Assembly (NCBI GenBank): GCA_965201075.1
Contig: CBDAVP010000011.1
Coordinates: 1-64,000 of the forward strand
Direction: 5' to 3'
Source of the DNA: Isosphaeraceae bacterium
GTDB taxonomy: Bacteria; Planctomycetota; Planctomycetia; Isosphaerales; Isosphaeraceae
DNA length: 64,000 nt
Below are positions 40,621 through 51,649 of this stretch, piece after piece. The notes beneath the pieces are model-generated. The model was not told where the DNA came from. It saw nothing but the letters and a program-made list of their open reading frames with translations, and searched no databases. The stretch's first letter is position 1. The number at the start of each line of letters is the position of its first letter. A program made the translations under genes and the position numbers.

Positions 40621-40817
40621 AAAGGGCGAGTTCGCCCGGCTCGATGCTCCTCCAACGCCCGTTCAATGAGCGAGTCCAGTCGCCCCGCCCGCTCGTCCGC
40701 CTCGATCTGAGCATCCCATCGACGTTCGTCGAATTCGGCAAACCAGTCACGGACTTTCCCCACTTCTTCGGCGGGTAATTGAGCAATCGCCTGGGTGATC
40801 TCCTCGACCGTGAGCAT
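40617..40817 (-). CDS. putative type II antitoxin
   Basis: 66 aa, VEEITQAIAQLP...WDAQIEADERAGRLD; stop overlaps the toxin start (GTGA). Confidence 0.75.
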   Translation of the reverse strand: MLTVEEITQAIAQLPAEEVGKVRDWFAEFDERRWDAQIEADERAGRLDSLIERALEEHRAGRTRPL

Positions 40818-40943
40818 CCTCGAAGTCCTCAGCCACGGACGTTCCAGGGATCAAAGTTCAGGCTAACAACATCCTGGTCAGATCGGCAAGGAACCTCGTC
40901 GCGGACCTTTGGCGACCGAGGCTTTGAACCAAGTCGGATCCAT

Positions 40944-43112
40944 TCAAACCTTGCGGACCACCACCCGAGACCCTTGCACCTCCTGAACCTCCACCATCGA
41001 CCCCGGCTCGATGAAAAATCCATCGGCCGTCACGTCCACCAGCAACTCGCCGAACCGCGCCTTGCCCGTTGGCCTCAACACCGTCGTGGTTCGTCCGGTC
41101 TCGCCGATCAGGTAGAGCAGGGGGGCGTCCGGGTCGATCGGCGGCTTGTCCCTGGGGTCGAGGATCGCGTCGGGGTCTTCCGGCTTCAGGACCATCCGGT
41201 TGAACAGCGGCAGCGACGGGAAGTACCGGCCGAAGACCACCGCCCCGGCCATCACCGCGACGATCGCCAGACTCATCTGCGTCAACGTCTGGCCAAACTG
41301 GCGGTACTCATAAGCCCGTGTTGGCCAGACGAACGTGTGGCTGGCCATCACCACGCTGACCAGCACCAGCAAGATCCCACTCATCCCAAACACGCCGAAC
41401 CCGGGAAACACGAACAACTCCAGCGCCAGGCAGATCAAACCCACCAGGAACAGCATGATCTCCAACGAGTCGGCCGTGCCGCTGAGGTAGCGGCTCCAGA
41501 AGAACAGCAGGAACGCCAGCGCCGAGGTGATTGCTGGCAGGCCGATGCCCGGCAACTTGAGCTCGACCACCAGCATGAAGAAGCCAACGAACAGTAACAA
41601 CCCGCTCATCCAGCTCGTATTCAGCGTGGTCACCAGGGCGTCGACCCACGTCGGCTGTTCAACCCGGATGGTCGCCCCGGCCAGCCCATAAATCGCCTTG
41701 AGCCGCTCCACATCGTCAACCACGTCCCTCGCCAGATGGAACGCGACGGCATGCTCGGCCGTGACCACCAGCGGCTCGCCGGGCGTTTTCATGACGCTCA
41801 GCTCAGCATAGCGCGCGGGGTCGGCCTTGATCTGATCGCGAGAAGCGGGAACCACGGCGCCGGTGTGGTTGTCGCGGACCTCGACAACCTCGGCCTCGGG
41901 GTCGATCATCGCCCGAGCGACCGCCACCGGATGCCCCTTGAGCCTGGCCAGCGACTCAGCCCGGTTCAGCAACGCGGCGAACTGCGCCGGGTCGAGCGCC
42001 TGGGCCGGACCGTCGGGACCGCTGAGCACCTGGCTGACATCCCCCATCCGCCCGCCCTTGGCGAAAACGATCTCGTCGCAGGCCAACGGAATCAAGGCGG
42101 CGACGCCCCCGGCGTGCTCGACGTAGGCGACGGTCTTGATCCCCTTGACCCGCGAAATCTCATCGGCCAGGCGGTCGGCCGGCCCATCCAGGCCCCCGGG
42201 GCTATCGATCTCAAAGAAGATCAGGTTCGCCTTTTCCTGGAGGGCCTGGGCCACCCTTCGTCGCAGGTACGACACCTTGACCGTGTCGATCGACCCTTCC
42301 ACCCGAATCCAGACCGGGACCACCTCCTGGCCCAACGTCGGGTCCTCGGTCGTCGGCAGATGATACGCCGCGGCCACCGAGGCGCGATCGTCGGCCACCC
42401 GCGTCGCCACGCCGATCTCCCGGGCCCTCGCCGAGGTCAAAACCCCACGCAACCCTGGCTCCCAGGCGGCCTGCTCCTCGACGACCGCCTCGCGCTTCTG
42501 GAATGCGGGCAGGTCGTCATGAGGGACGAAATGAAGCGTTCGGTCGGCGGTGCGCACGGCTCGCAGGTCAACCTCGGGGTCGAGCATCCCGGCGATCAAC
42601 TCGGGGTCGCGGCCGGTGTCGCTCGCCAGCAACCGGGCCGAGGCCTTGGCGGCCGGGTCGGGCGGCTCGCCTTCCAGGGCGATCGGGCCCAGGGTCGCCT
42701 CGGACCCCATGACGACCTCGTTGCACGCCAGCGCCGGCAGCACGGCGTATCCCGAAAGCGGCTCCTTGACGAACGCCACGGTCTTCTCGCCGGTCAGCTT
42801 CGCCAGCAAGCGGGCCAGGTCATAAGCGGGCCCAAACCGATGGCTTTTGCCCGGCCGGAACTCAAACACCAAAACAGGGCGTTTCCCCTGCTTGGCCGCC
42901 TGACCCACCAGCGCGGCGGTGGCCGACTCGATCCGCTCAACCTCGTCGCTGGTGATCGGCTGCTGAACAACGAAGAACCGCCCCTCGGGCGTCGGAGCCC
43001 TGGCGGCCGGCGCGGGGCCCGGCGCCGGCTGGGCGAAAACCGTTCCACCGAGCACGAGCACAAACAGGGCCGCGAGCCGCCAGGGGGCTCGCACTGGGAC
43101 CGAGCGCGTCAT
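40944..43112 (-). CDS. long NfeD-family protein (tandem ClpP-like domains + TM + OB fold)
   Basis: signal peptide, EIDSPGG, ELKLPGIG, ELFVFPGFG, GRTTTVLRPTG. Confidence 0.85.
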   Translation of the reverse strand: MTRSVPVRAPWRLAALFVLVLGGTVFAQPAPGPAPAARAPTPEGRFFVVQQPITSDEVERIESATAALVGQAAKQGKRPVLVFEFRPGKSHRFGPAYDLARLLAKLTGEKTVAFVKEPLSGYAVLPALACNEVVMGSEATLGPIALEGEPPDPAAKASARLLASDTGRDPELIAGMLDPEVDLRAVRTADRTLHFVPHDDLPAFQKREAVVEEQAAWEPGLRGVLTSARAREIGVATRVADDRASVAAAYHLPTTEDPTLGQEVVPVWIRVEGSIDTVKVSYLRRRVAQALQEKANLIFFEIDSPGGLDGPADRLADEISRVKGIKTVAYVEHAGGVAALIPLACDEIVFAKGGRMGDVSQVLSGPDGPAQALDPAQFAALLNRAESLARLKGHPVAVARAMIDPEAEVVEVRDNHTGAVVPASRDQIKADPARYAELSVMKTPGEPLVVTAEHAVAFHLARDVVDDVERLKAIYGLAGATIRVEQPTWVDALVTTLNTSWMSGLLLFVGFFMLVVELKLPGIGLPAITSALAFLLFFWSRYLSGTADSLEIMLFLVGLICLALELFVFPGFGVFGMSGILLVLVSVVMASHTFVWPTRAYEYRQFGQTLTQMSLAIVAVMAGAVVFGRYFPSLPLFNRMVLKPEDPDAILDPRDKPPIDPDAPLLYLIGETGRTTTVLRPTGKARFGELLVDVTADGFFIEPGSMVEVQEVQGSRVVVRKV

Positions 43113-43231
43113 CAAAGGGGGCTCCCTCCGGAGTTCCCGGGCCGACTGGCCGGCCGGGCCCGGCCCTCATCGCGCCATCGAAGGCGGCGGGTGGGCCGGC
43201 CGCCCTTGCCGGTGGCCTCCCCGCTCCGCCG

Positions 43232-43260
43232 ATTATAGGCCGCTCCAAAAACGTCGTCAA
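43232..43260 (-). promoter_or_regulatory. near-consensus sigma70 promoter for the nfeD locus
   Basis: minus strand TTGACG-17 nt-TATAAT. Confidence 0.8.
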
Positions 43261-43406
43261 ACCGCACCGCGCGAACCGCACCTTGACCCTGACGTTGGAA
43301 CCCAAGGCCAAGCCTCCGAACCGTCGGACGCCCTCGGTTGCGTCGTCGCCACCGATTCTTAATGATGGACAAATCCCGAGCCTCTCCGCCGCGAGGAGTT
43401 CCTACC

Positions 43407-46154
43407 GTGCCGACCAACCGTCCGGCCGTCGTCGCCCTGGCAGTCCTCGCGAGCCTCGCCGTTGCCACCCACGCCCGGGCCGACGAGGGCGCCGACCTGT
43501 TCCGCCGGGAGGTCGGCAAGCTCCTGACCGACTCCTGCCTCTCCTGCCACGACGCGGCCGCGCGCAAGGGGGGCCTCGACCTGACCCGCCGCGAAACCGC
43601 CCTGGCCGGGGGCGACAACGGCGAAGCGATCACACCCGGCCAGCCCGACGCGAGTCTCCTGATCGAGCAGGTCGCCTCCGGGACGATGCCGCCGAAGGGA
43701 ACAAAACTCTCCCCCGCGCAGGTCGACACCCTGAAAGCCTGGATCACCGCCGGCGCCCCCTACGAAGGCCCGCCGCTGTCCGCCCGCCGGGCCGGGCCCG
43801 ACTGGTGGGCTTTGCGACCGATCGCCCCGCCCGCCGTTCCCGACTCTCAGCAACGACCGTGGGTCCGCAACCCCATCGACGCCTTCGTCCTCGCCAGGCT
43901 CGACTCCTCGGGACTGACCCCCGCCCCCGAGGCCGACCGCCCGACCTTGATTCGCCGCGTCTCCTTCGACCTGACCGGCCTGCCCCCCACCCCCGACGAG
44001 GTCGACGCCTTCCTCAACGACCCCGCGCCCGACGCCTACGAGCGACTGGTCGATCGCCTGCTCAGTTTGCCTCGATTCGGCGAGCGCTGGGCCCGTCACT
44101 GGCTCGACGCCGTGCGATTTGGCGAGAGTCACGGTTATGAGACCAACAACCTGCGGCCCAACGCCTGGCCCTATCGAGACTGGGCCATCCGCGCCGCCAA
44201 CCGAGACCTCCCGTTCGCCCGCCTCGTCGCCGAACAGTTCGCCGGCGACGTGCTGCCCGAGGGGGATTGGCTGTCCCGCTCAGCGACCGGCTTCCTCGTG
44301 GGCGGCACTCACGACGTCGTCGGCAACCAGGTGCCCGAGGCCGCCAAACAGCAGCGGATGGACGATCTTGACGACATGATCGCCGCCACCGGCTCGGCCT
44401 TCCTCGGCCTGACGGTCCACTGCGCCCGCTGCCACGACCACAAGTTCGACCCGATCGCCCAGGCCGACTACTACGCCCTGCAAGCCGTCTTCGCCGGGGT
44501 CCAGCACGCCGACCGGCCGATCGAGGTCCCCGACCCCGACGACCGCCGCCGCCGACGCGTCGCGGTCCTCGCCGAACTGGAACGCGTGGATGTCGACGAG
44601 CCAATCGCCGGAGCCGGCCCGCCCCGCCCGCCCGTCCGCTTCGAGCGTAACGTCGATCGATTCCCCCCCAACCTCGCCAGATTCATCCGCTTCACGTCCC
44701 TGGCCACCAACAACGGCATCGAGCCCTGCCTCGACGAGTTGGAAGTCCACGCCGCCGACGGACCGCCCGGCGTGAACCTCGCTCTCGACAAGGCCGGTGC
44801 GGTCGCCCGCGCCTCGTCCTCCTACGCCGGCAACCCGTTCCACGCGATCCCCCACCTCAACGACGGACGCCACGGCAACACGCAAAGTTGGATCTCCGCC
44901 GAGAACGGGGTTGGCTGGGCCGAGATCGAGCTCGCCGCGCCCGCCCTCATCGACCGCGTTGTCTGGGGTCGCGACCGAGAAGGGGCTTATCGAGACCGTC
45001 TCCCTACCCGTTACACCATCGAGGTCGCCAGCGAACCCGGAGCCTGGCGGAAGGTGGCCGACTCCTCCGACCGCGCCCCGTTCGACTCGCCCCCAACTCC
45101 CAAAATCGCGGCCCGTGAATTGCGACGCGCGCAATACCTTAAAACATTGTCATCGCTGGGCGATACGACACCAATCTATGCCGGCACGTTCCAGAACCCG
45201 GGCCCCACGCACCTCCTGCGACGTGGCGACCCGATGCAGCCGGGCGACCCGGTCTCTCCCGGAGCCCTCCGCAACGTCTCCCCCCCGCTGACCCTCTCCG
45301 CCGATGCCCCCGAGGCCGACCGCCGCCTGGCCCTGGCCCGCTGGATCGCCGACCCGGCCAACCCCTTGCCGGCCCGAGTCGCCGTGAACCGGGCCTGGCA
45401 TCACCACTTCGGCCGGGGAATCGTCGCCACCCCGGGCGACTTCGGCTTCAACGGCGAACTCCCCAGCCACCCCGAATTGCTCGACTGGCTCGCCCGCGCC
45501 TTCCTCGACAACGGCGGCCACCTCAAGCCGATCCACCGCCTCATCGTCACGAGTTCGACCTACCGGCAATCGGCCGCCTCCAACGAAACCGCCCTGGCCC
45601 TCGACCGGGACGCCCGCCTCCTCTGGCGCAAGCCCCCCCGTCGTCTGGAAGCCGAGGCGATCCGCGACGCCATCCTCCACGCCGCCGGCACCCTCGACCT
45701 CCGCGAAGGCGGCCCCGGCTATTCCCTCTGGGAAGAAAACACCAACTATGTCGTTGTGTTCAAGCCCCGAGTCGACCTCGGACTCGACGCCAACCGCCGG
45801 ATGGTCTACCAGTTCAAACCCCGCAGTCAGCCCGACCCCACCTTCGGCGCCTTCGACTGCCCCGAGGCCGGCATGGTCGCCCCCCGTCGCAATACCTCCA
45901 CGACCGCGCTCCAGGCCCTGAACCTCCTCAACAGCCGGTTCCTCCTGACCCAATCCACCGCCCTGGCCAATCGCCTCCGCCGAGAAGCCGGCGACGACCC
46001 CGCCGCCCAGGCCACTTTGGCCTTCCGCCTGACCCTCGGCCGATCGCCCGACGCCCACGAACTCGCCGCCGCCACCGCTTTGGTCCGCGACCACGGCGCC
46101 CCGGCCCTGGCCCGAGCCCTGTTCAACGCCAACGAGTTCGTCTACGTCCGCTGA
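43407..46154 (+). CDS. planctomycete cytochrome c + DUF1549 + discoidin-like + DUF1553 protein
   Basis: CLSCH and [11 protein letters not shown] heme motifs, [35 protein letters not shown] then GTG. Confidence 0.9.
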   Translation: MPTNRPAVVALAVLASLAVATHARADEGADLFRREVGKLLTDSCLSCHDAAARKGGLDLTRRETALAGGDNGEAITPGQPDASLLIEQVASGTMPPKGTKLSPAQVDTLKAWITAGAPYEGPPLSARRAGPDWWALRPIAPPAVPDSQQRPWVRNPIDAFVLARLDSSGLTPAPEADRPTLIRRVSFDLTGLPPTPDEVDAFLNDPAPDAYERLVDRLLSLPRFGERWARHWLDAVRFGESHGYETNNLRPNAWPYRDWAIRAANRDLPFARLVAEQFAGDVLPEGDWLSRSATGFLVGGTHDVVGNQVPEAAKQQRMDDLDDMIAATGSAFLGLTVHCARCHDHKFDPIAQADYYALQAVFAGVQHADRPIEVPDPDDRRRRRVAVLAELERVDVDEPIAGAGPPRPPVRFERNVDRFPPNLARFIRFTSLATNNGIEPCLDELEVHAADGPPGVNLALDKAGAVARASSSYAGNPFHAIPHLNDGRHGNTQSWISAENGVGWAEIELAAPALIDRVVWGRDREGAYRDRLPTRYTIEVASEPGAWRKVADSSDRAPFDSPPTPKIAARELRRAQYLKTLSSLGDTTPIYAGTFQNPGPTHLLRRGDPMQPGDPVSPGALRNVSPPLTLSADAPEADRRLALARWIADPANPLPARVAVNRAWHHHFGRGIVATPGDFGFNGELPSHPELLDWLARAFLDNGGHLKPIHRLIVTSSTYRQSAASNETALALDRDARLLWRKPPRRLEAEAIRDAILHAAGTLDLREGGPGYSLWEENTNYVVVFKPRVDLGLDANRRMVYQFKPRSQPDPTFGAFDCPEAGMVAPRRNTSTTALQALNLLNSRFLLTQSTALANRLRREAGDDPAAQATLAFRLTLGRSPDAHELAAATALVRDHGAPALARALFNANEFVYVR

Positions 46155-46173
46155 CCCAAAAGGACCGCCGCCG

Positions 46174-47601
46174 ATGCCCGGACCTTCCGGCCTCCACCTG
46201 CTCGACCGCCGGGGCTTCCTCGCCAATCTGGCCGGGGGCGTCGGCGGCATCGCGCTAGGCAGCCTGCTCGCCTCCGAGGCCGCCGCCAGCACTTCCACCG
46301 CCAAACCGCCCCATTTCCCACCCCGGGCCCGCCGGGTCCTGCACATCTTCTGCTCGGGGGCCGTCAGCCACCTCGACACCTGGGACTACAAGCCCGAACT
46401 CATCAAACGCCACGGCCAGCCGATGCCGGGCGCCGAGGGCTTGAAAACCTTCCAGGGCGAGAACGGTGCCCTCGCCAAAAGCCCCTGGGAATTTCGCCCC
46501 CGGGGACAGTCGGGCAAGATGACCTCCGACCTTCTGCCCAGGCTCGGCGAGTGCGTCGACGACCTCTGCTTCCTCCACTCCCTGACCTCCAGGACCAACA
46601 CCCACGGCCCCGGCGAGATGTTCGCCAACACCGGGTTCACCCTCGAAGGCTTCCCCAGCATCGGCTCGTGGGTCTCCTACGCGCTGGGGACCGAAAACGC
46701 CGACCTCCCCGCCTACGTCGCGATCCCCGACCCCCGAGGCGTCCCCCAGCAAGGCCCCGCCAACTGGGCCAACGGCTTTCTCCCCGCCGTCTACCAGGGG
46801 ACCGCCTTCAACGCCGACCGCCCGATCAACCACCTCAAGCGTCCCGCCGAAATTCCCCCCGACGCCGACCTCGCCACCCGAGACGTCCTGCGCCTCCTCA
46901 ACGACGAACACCTCCGCCGCAACCCCGGCGACACCGAGCTCTCGGCCCGAATCGCCTCCTACGAGCTCGCCGCCAAGATGCAACTGAGCGCCCCCGAGGC
47001 CGCCGACCTCTCGGGGGAGTCGCCCGCCACCCGCCGCCTCTACGGCCTGGACGACGCCAACCCGATCCTCGCCGGCTTCGGCCGCAACTGCCTGCTGGCC
47101 CGCCGCCTCCTGGAGCGTGGCGTCCGCTTCGTCACCCTCTTCAACGGCGCTTTCGCGATGGGGGAAGGGGCCCTGAACTGGGACGGCCACCGCCAGATCC
47201 GTAGCGACTACGACCGCCACGGGCCGATCCTCGACACCCCCGCCGCCGCCTTACTGAAGGATCTGAAAGCCCGTGGCCTCCTGGACGACACCCTGGTCCT
47301 CTGGACAACAGAGTTCGGCCGCATGCCCACCTTTCAGAAAGGGGCCCAGGGCCGAGACCACAACCCCAAGGGGTTCACCGCCTGGATGGCCGGAGCCGGG
47401 GTCAAGACCGGCTTCAGCTTCGGAGCCACCGACGAATTCGGCCATAAGGCGGTCGACCAGGTCGTCGACGTCCACGACTTTCACGCGACGATCCTCCACC
47501 TCCTGGGCCTCGACCACGAAAAGCTGACCTTCTACAACAACGGAGCCCAAAGGCGCCTCACCGACGTCCACGGCCGGGTCATCCGCGAAATCCTGGCCTG
47601 A
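46174..47601 (+). CDS. DUF1501 protein
   Basis: [46 protein letters not shown]. Confidence 0.92.
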   Translation: MPGPSGLHLLDRRGFLANLAGGVGGIALGSLLASEAAASTSTAKPPHFPPRARRVLHIFCSGAVSHLDTWDYKPELIKRHGQPMPGAEGLKTFQGENGALAKSPWEFRPRGQSGKMTSDLLPRLGECVDDLCFLHSLTSRTNTHGPGEMFANTGFTLEGFPSIGSWVSYALGTENADLPAYVAIPDPRGVPQQGPANWANGFLPAVYQGTAFNADRPINHLKRPAEIPPDADLATRDVLRLLNDEHLRRNPGDTELSARIASYELAAKMQLSAPEAADLSGESPATRRLYGLDDANPILAGFGRNCLLARRLLERGVRFVTLFNGAFAMGEGALNWDGHRQIRSDYDRHGPILDTPAAALLKDLKARGLLDDTLVLWTTEFGRMPTFQKGAQGRDHNPKGFTAWMAGAGVKTGFSFGATDEFGHKAVDQVVDVHDFHATILHLLGLDHEKLTFYNNGAQRRLTDVHGRVIREILA

Positions 47602-47751
47602 ATCGCCGCGAAACCGCGGGAACGACGTCCTGGTTTACCCTCGTTTCGCCGGTCCCCCGGGGAAATGCCCTCCCCGGCAGCTCCGCGGCCCGGATTCCCC
47701 AACGCGGGAGCGGACACAAGCCCCAGGGAATGAAGGAACGCGGATCGACCG

Positions 47752-49479
47752 TTACCAGTCCTCAACCAAGACGTTCCCCGAATCCCCCGACACCTCGGCC
47801 GCCTCCCGCCGCCGACGCTCCTCGCGAATCCGCGACGTCGCCTGAGCCAACCGCGCCTCGGGCGAACCGGGCCGGGGAGGCGTCGGCGTTTGCCCGCCAG
47901 CCCCTCCGGTCCGTTGCGATCCTCCCGAATCTTCCGACGCTTCGCCACCCCCCTCGGACCCCGGCGGTTGCTGACCCTGTTGCGGCTCTCGTCCCCCGCC
48001 CCCTTCCGGCCGCTGCTTCGGATCGGCTTGAGGCTCCTCCTCCGTCGCCTCCTCCCGCCCCGCCGCCAGCAACGCTTCCGCGAACCGGCGATTCTCCCGG
48101 GCATCGGCCCGCGCCCGCTCGCCGACGGCCCCGCCACCCCGACCGGCCAGGCAACGGTCATAACGACCCATCGCCGACGACAGATCCCCCCGGGCCATCT
48201 CGACATTCCCCAACGCAAAATCAATCTGAGCCGCAAGCCCCGCGTCGGCCCGCCCCCGAGCCTCTCGATAAAGACGCTCGGCCCCCGCGAAGTCCCCCAG
48301 CCGGAACCGGCTCGCCGCGGCGTCGAACCGGGGGACCGCCCCGCCGGGATCGAGTCGAATCGCCTCATCGAAGGCCGCCGAGGCCATGACGAAGTCCCCC
48401 GCCCCGTACGCCCGCCGCCCCCGCTCGATCGCCCCGGCCGCCCCCCCACCGTCTTCGGCCACCGCCCCCGCGAGCAACCCCACCAGGCCCAGCGACGCGA
48501 ACCGGCGGACGCGCCCACCCCGTCGCCCCTCGGCCCAGGTCGCCCAACCCGCGGCAAGGGCCGCCAGTCCCAGCAGGATCGGGAACCGCTCGACCCGCTC
48601 GGCCGGACCTCGCGCCTCCCTCCGCAACCGGACCCCTGGCGCGATCTGTTCGGCATACAAGGCCCCCAGATTCCCCCAGCTCACTCCGATCGGCAGAAAG
48701 GCGCCGCCGGTCCCCCTGGCGATTGCCTCCGGGGCCTCATCCCGCCGACGGGATGCCACCGGCCGCCCCCGGAACCGCAACGGTCCCGCGACTGCCGTAG
48801 GCACCGGCTGACCCTCGGCCGCGTTCCCCAGAGTGACCGCATGGACGACGATCCCCCGCGCTCGCAACCGAGGCAACTCCGCCTCCCAGCGCCCGGGATG
48901 GTCCTCGCCATCGGTCAGAAGCACCACCGTCCGCCCCCCGGCCCCCTCGCGATCATCGAACGCCTCGCACGCCTCGGCCAACCCCGCCCCCAGGTCCGTC
49001 CCCCCTGGCCGCACACTTCCTGTCCGCAGCGCGGAGACCGCCTCGCTCGCCGCGCCCAGCGCCTCGGTCAGGGGAAGGAACGTCACGCCCCTCCCCGCGA
49101 ACGCCACAACCGCCACTCGGGGCCCCGGCTCGACCTTCAAGGTCTGAAGCAACTGCGCCGCCAGGATTTGTGCTGCCCCAAGCCGGCTGGGCACGGCGTC
49201 CTCGGCCCCCATGCTCCGGCTCACGTCGACCAGCAAGACCACGTCATGACCCGGCGGCCACTCCGACCCCGGCGCCCGTCCCCAACGCGGCTGCCCCAAC
49301 GCCACGATTAGCGACGAGACCGCCAACAACCACGCCCAGGCCCCCCCCGAACCCGACCGGCCCGACCGCCCCAGCGCCCGCCAGTCGCGCCGTCGACAAG
49401 CCATCCCCCAGGCCACGACCCCGGCGAGGGGGGGTAGACTCAGCAGGCACCAAAGGCGTTCAGGGTGGGCCCAATCCAT
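47752..49479 (-). CDS. VWA + TPR protein (BatB/BatC-like fusion)
   Basis: ALGQPRWG, MIDAS DVSRSM, LTDGE, then TPR repeats and a low-complexity tail. Confidence 0.8.
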   Translation of the reverse strand: MDWAHPERLWCLLSLPPLAGVVAWGMACRRRDWRALGRSGRSGSGGAWAWLLAVSSLIVALGQPRWGRAPGSEWPPGHDVVLLVDVSRSMGAEDAVPSRLGAAQILAAQLLQTLKVEPGPRVAVVAFAGRGVTFLPLTEALGAASEAVSALRTGSVRPGGTDLGAGLAEACEAFDDREGAGGRTVVLLTDGEDHPGRWEAELPRLRARGIVVHAVTLGNAAEGQPVPTAVAGPLRFRGRPVASRRRDEAPEAIARGTGGAFLPIGVSWGNLGALYAEQIAPGVRLRREARGPAERVERFPILLGLAALAAGWATWAEGRRGGRVRRFASLGLVGLLAGAVAEDGGGAAGAIERGRRAYGAGDFVMASAAFDEAIRLDPGGAVPRFDAAASRFRLGDFAGAERLYREARGRADAGLAAQIDFALGNVEMARGDLSSAMGRYDRCLAGRGGGAVGERARADARENRRFAEALLAAGREEATEEEPQADPKQRPEGGGGREPQQGQQPPGSEGGGEASEDSGGSQRTGGAGGQTPTPPRPGSPEARLAQATSRIREERRRREAAEVSGDSGNVLVEDW

Positions 49480-49518
49480 CAACGCTCTCGCGTCTCAAGT
49501 TCCCTTCAACGTCAACCC

Positions 49519-50481
49519 TCAAGGCAACCGCCGCAATCTCCCGGCCGAAAGCAGACGATCCGCCACCAGCAGCACCGCGGACCCCAACGCCCAGGGCGCA
49601 TACGTTTCGTCGTAGCGGATACGAACGTATCCCCGGACCGGGCTCCGCTCCAGAGTGTCGAGTTCGCGAAAGACCCGACCCAGCCCCTCCGAATCCGCCG
49701 CCTCGAACGCTCGACCCCCACCCACCCGCGATAATTCCCTCAAGAGGGCGAGATCCGGCCTCGCCGCCGCCGCCGAGTCTCCCCCCGACGGCCGACCGAG
49801 CGCCACCGTATGCACGACCACCCCCAGTTGCCGAGCTAGCCCCGACGCCACCAGTGGGTCAAGCGCCCCGGGGCCCGCGGGGCTGTTGATCCCGTCGGTC
49901 AGCAAAACCAGCACCTTGCGAGCCGGAGTCGTTTGCCGCGCCGCCTCCAGGCCCCAGGCGATCGCGTCGCCCAGGTTTGTCCCATCATCTCCCGGCCTCG
50001 TCGGTCGCAGGGCCGCGACCGCTTCGAGAAAGCGGGCATGGTCCAGGGTTGGCGGACAGGCCAGGTCCGGGTCATCGGCGAACTTGACCAGGCCTAGCAA
50101 GTCGTCGGGCCGTCCCTCGACGAACCCCGTCAAGGTTCGCCGCGCTCCCTCCAACCGCGTGATCGGTCCCCCCGTCGCGGGGAAATCCCTCGCGTTCATG
50201 CTGGAGCTACGATCGACCAGCAAGACCAGTGACACCCCCCGACCCGCGACCCGCGTCGTCCCCCCCACCTGTTGCGGCCTGGCCAGCGCCACCGCCAGGC
50301 AAACCACTGCCGACGCCCTCAGCAAAGGGGGAAGGGGGCTCAACCACCAACCCAACCCCCGCGGACCGCCCCGAAAGGAAGCCAGCGAGGGCCAGACCAG
50401 CCGCCCGCGGCCCCTCGACCGGAGCCAGCCCAGCGGAACCAGCAAGGTCAGCAGGAGCCAGGCCGGCTGGGCCAGCCGCAT
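49519..50481 (-). CDS. VWA-domain protein (BatA-like)
   Basis: ALARP, MIDAS DRSSSM, CPPTLDH, GTNLGDA, LTDG, C-terminal TM. Confidence 0.82.
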   Translation of the reverse strand: MRLAQPAWLLLTLLVPLGWLRSRGRGRLVWPSLASFRGGPRGLGWWLSPLPPLLRASAVVCLAVALARPQQVGGTTRVAGRGVSLVLLVDRSSSMNARDFPATGGPITRLEGARRTLTGFVEGRPDDLLGLVKFADDPDLACPPTLDHARFLEAVAALRPTRPGDDGTNLGDAIAWGLEAARQTTPARKVLVLLTDGINSPAGPGALDPLVASGLARQLGVVVHTVALGRPSGGDSAAAARPDLALLRELSRVGGGRAFEAADSEGLGRVFRELDTLERSPVRGYVRIRYDETYAPWALGSAVLLVADRLLSAGRLRRLP

Positions 50482-50482
50482 G

Positions 50483-51649
50483 TCAGCCCCGGCCGCCGGT
50501 CAGGGCCTGGCGTGCGGCCAGGGCGCGGGCCAGGGCAATTTCGGGGTCGGGGTCGGTCACCGTCAAGTGCCCCATCTTGCGGCCGGGAGCGGCGGTGTGC
50601 TTGCCGTAAAGGTGCAGCTTCACGCCAGGATCGCGTCCCAACGCCGCGTCCCAGGCGGGCTCGCCCCGCTCCCAAAGGTCGCCCAGCAGGTTGACCATCG
50701 CCGCGGGTCTCGCCAGGTCGGTCGCCCCCAGCGGCAGGCCGCACAGGGCGCGTACCTGCTGCTCGAACTGGCTGGTGAGGGCGGCCTCGATCGTCAAGTG
50801 CCCCGAGTTGTGCGGCCGGGGGGCCAACTCGTTGATTCGCAAGCTCCCATCCGCCTGGAGGAAGAATTCCACCGTCAGGACCCCCACCGTCTCCAATGCC
50901 CCGGCTACCGCCAGCGCCAGGCCCTGCGCCTCCTGGGTGACGATCGGACCCACCGATGCCGGCATCACCGTCGAGTCCAGAATGTGCCGCTGGTGCCGGT
51001 TCTCCCCCACCGGATACACCACCGCCCGCCCGTCGAACCCCCGGGCGACGACCACCGAGACTTCCGAGGCGAAGTCCACCACCCCCTCGGCCACGCACGC
51101 CACCCGGTTCAGCACCGTCCACGCCGCCAACGCCTCGCCCGCCTCGTCGACCCGCGCCTGCCCCTTACCGTCATAACCCGAGGCGGCGGTCTTGAGGATC
51201 AACGGCATCCCCAGCGCCTCCACCGCCGCGTTCAGTTCGGCCAGGCTCCGCACGCGACGCCAGGGGGCCAGGGGAAACCCTCTTGAACCCAAGAACGTCT
51301 TTTCCCGCAGGCGGTTCTGGCTGACCCGCACCGTCCGCCAGCCGGGTCGCACCGGCCGGTCGCGGGCCAGCCAGCGCAGGGCCGGGGCCGAGACGTTCTC
51401 GAACTCGACGGTGACCGCCTCGGCCTTGCGGGCGAACTCCCTCAGCGAGGGGAGATCATCGGGCGGGCCGATGACCGACCAGTGCGCCAGTTGCGCCGCC
51501 GGGGCATCCTCGGACACTGCCAGGCAGCCGGCTCGATACCCCATCCTCTGCGCCGCCTGGAGGAACATCCGCCCAAGCTGCCCGCCGCCGACCACCCCCA
51601 GCGCCGCCGGGGGCCGCAACGGCGTCCCCGTCGCGACGGCCGCCATCAA
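50483..51649 (-). CDS. purK: N5-carboxyaminoimidazole ribonucleotide synthase
   Basis: [37 protein letters not shown]...GRKMGH. Confidence 0.96.
   Translation of the reverse strand: MMAAVATGTPLRPPAALGVVGGGQLGRMFLQAAQRMGYRAGCLAVSEDAPAAQLAHWSVIGPPDDLPSLREFARKAEAVTVEFENVSAPALRWLARDRPVRPGWRTVRVSQNRLREKTFLGSRGFPLAPWRRVRSLAELNAAVEALGMPLILKTAASGYDGKGQARVDEAGEALAAWTVLNRVACVAEGVVDFASEVSVVVARGFDGRAVVYPVGENRHQRHILDSTVMPASVGPIVTQEAQGLALAVAGALETVGVLTVEFFLQADGSLRINELAPRPHNSGHLTIEAALTSQFEQQVRALCGLPLGATDLARPAAMVNLLGDLWERGEPAWDAALGRDPGVKLHLYGKHTAAPGRKMGHLTVTDPDPEIALARALAARQALTGGRG

Noticed and set aside
38900..40960. Target-site duplication around the TA/GT-C insert
   Set aside because: Only weak similarity between the nfeD 3' end and the region before the short nfeD; not distinguishable from chance in GC-rich DNA
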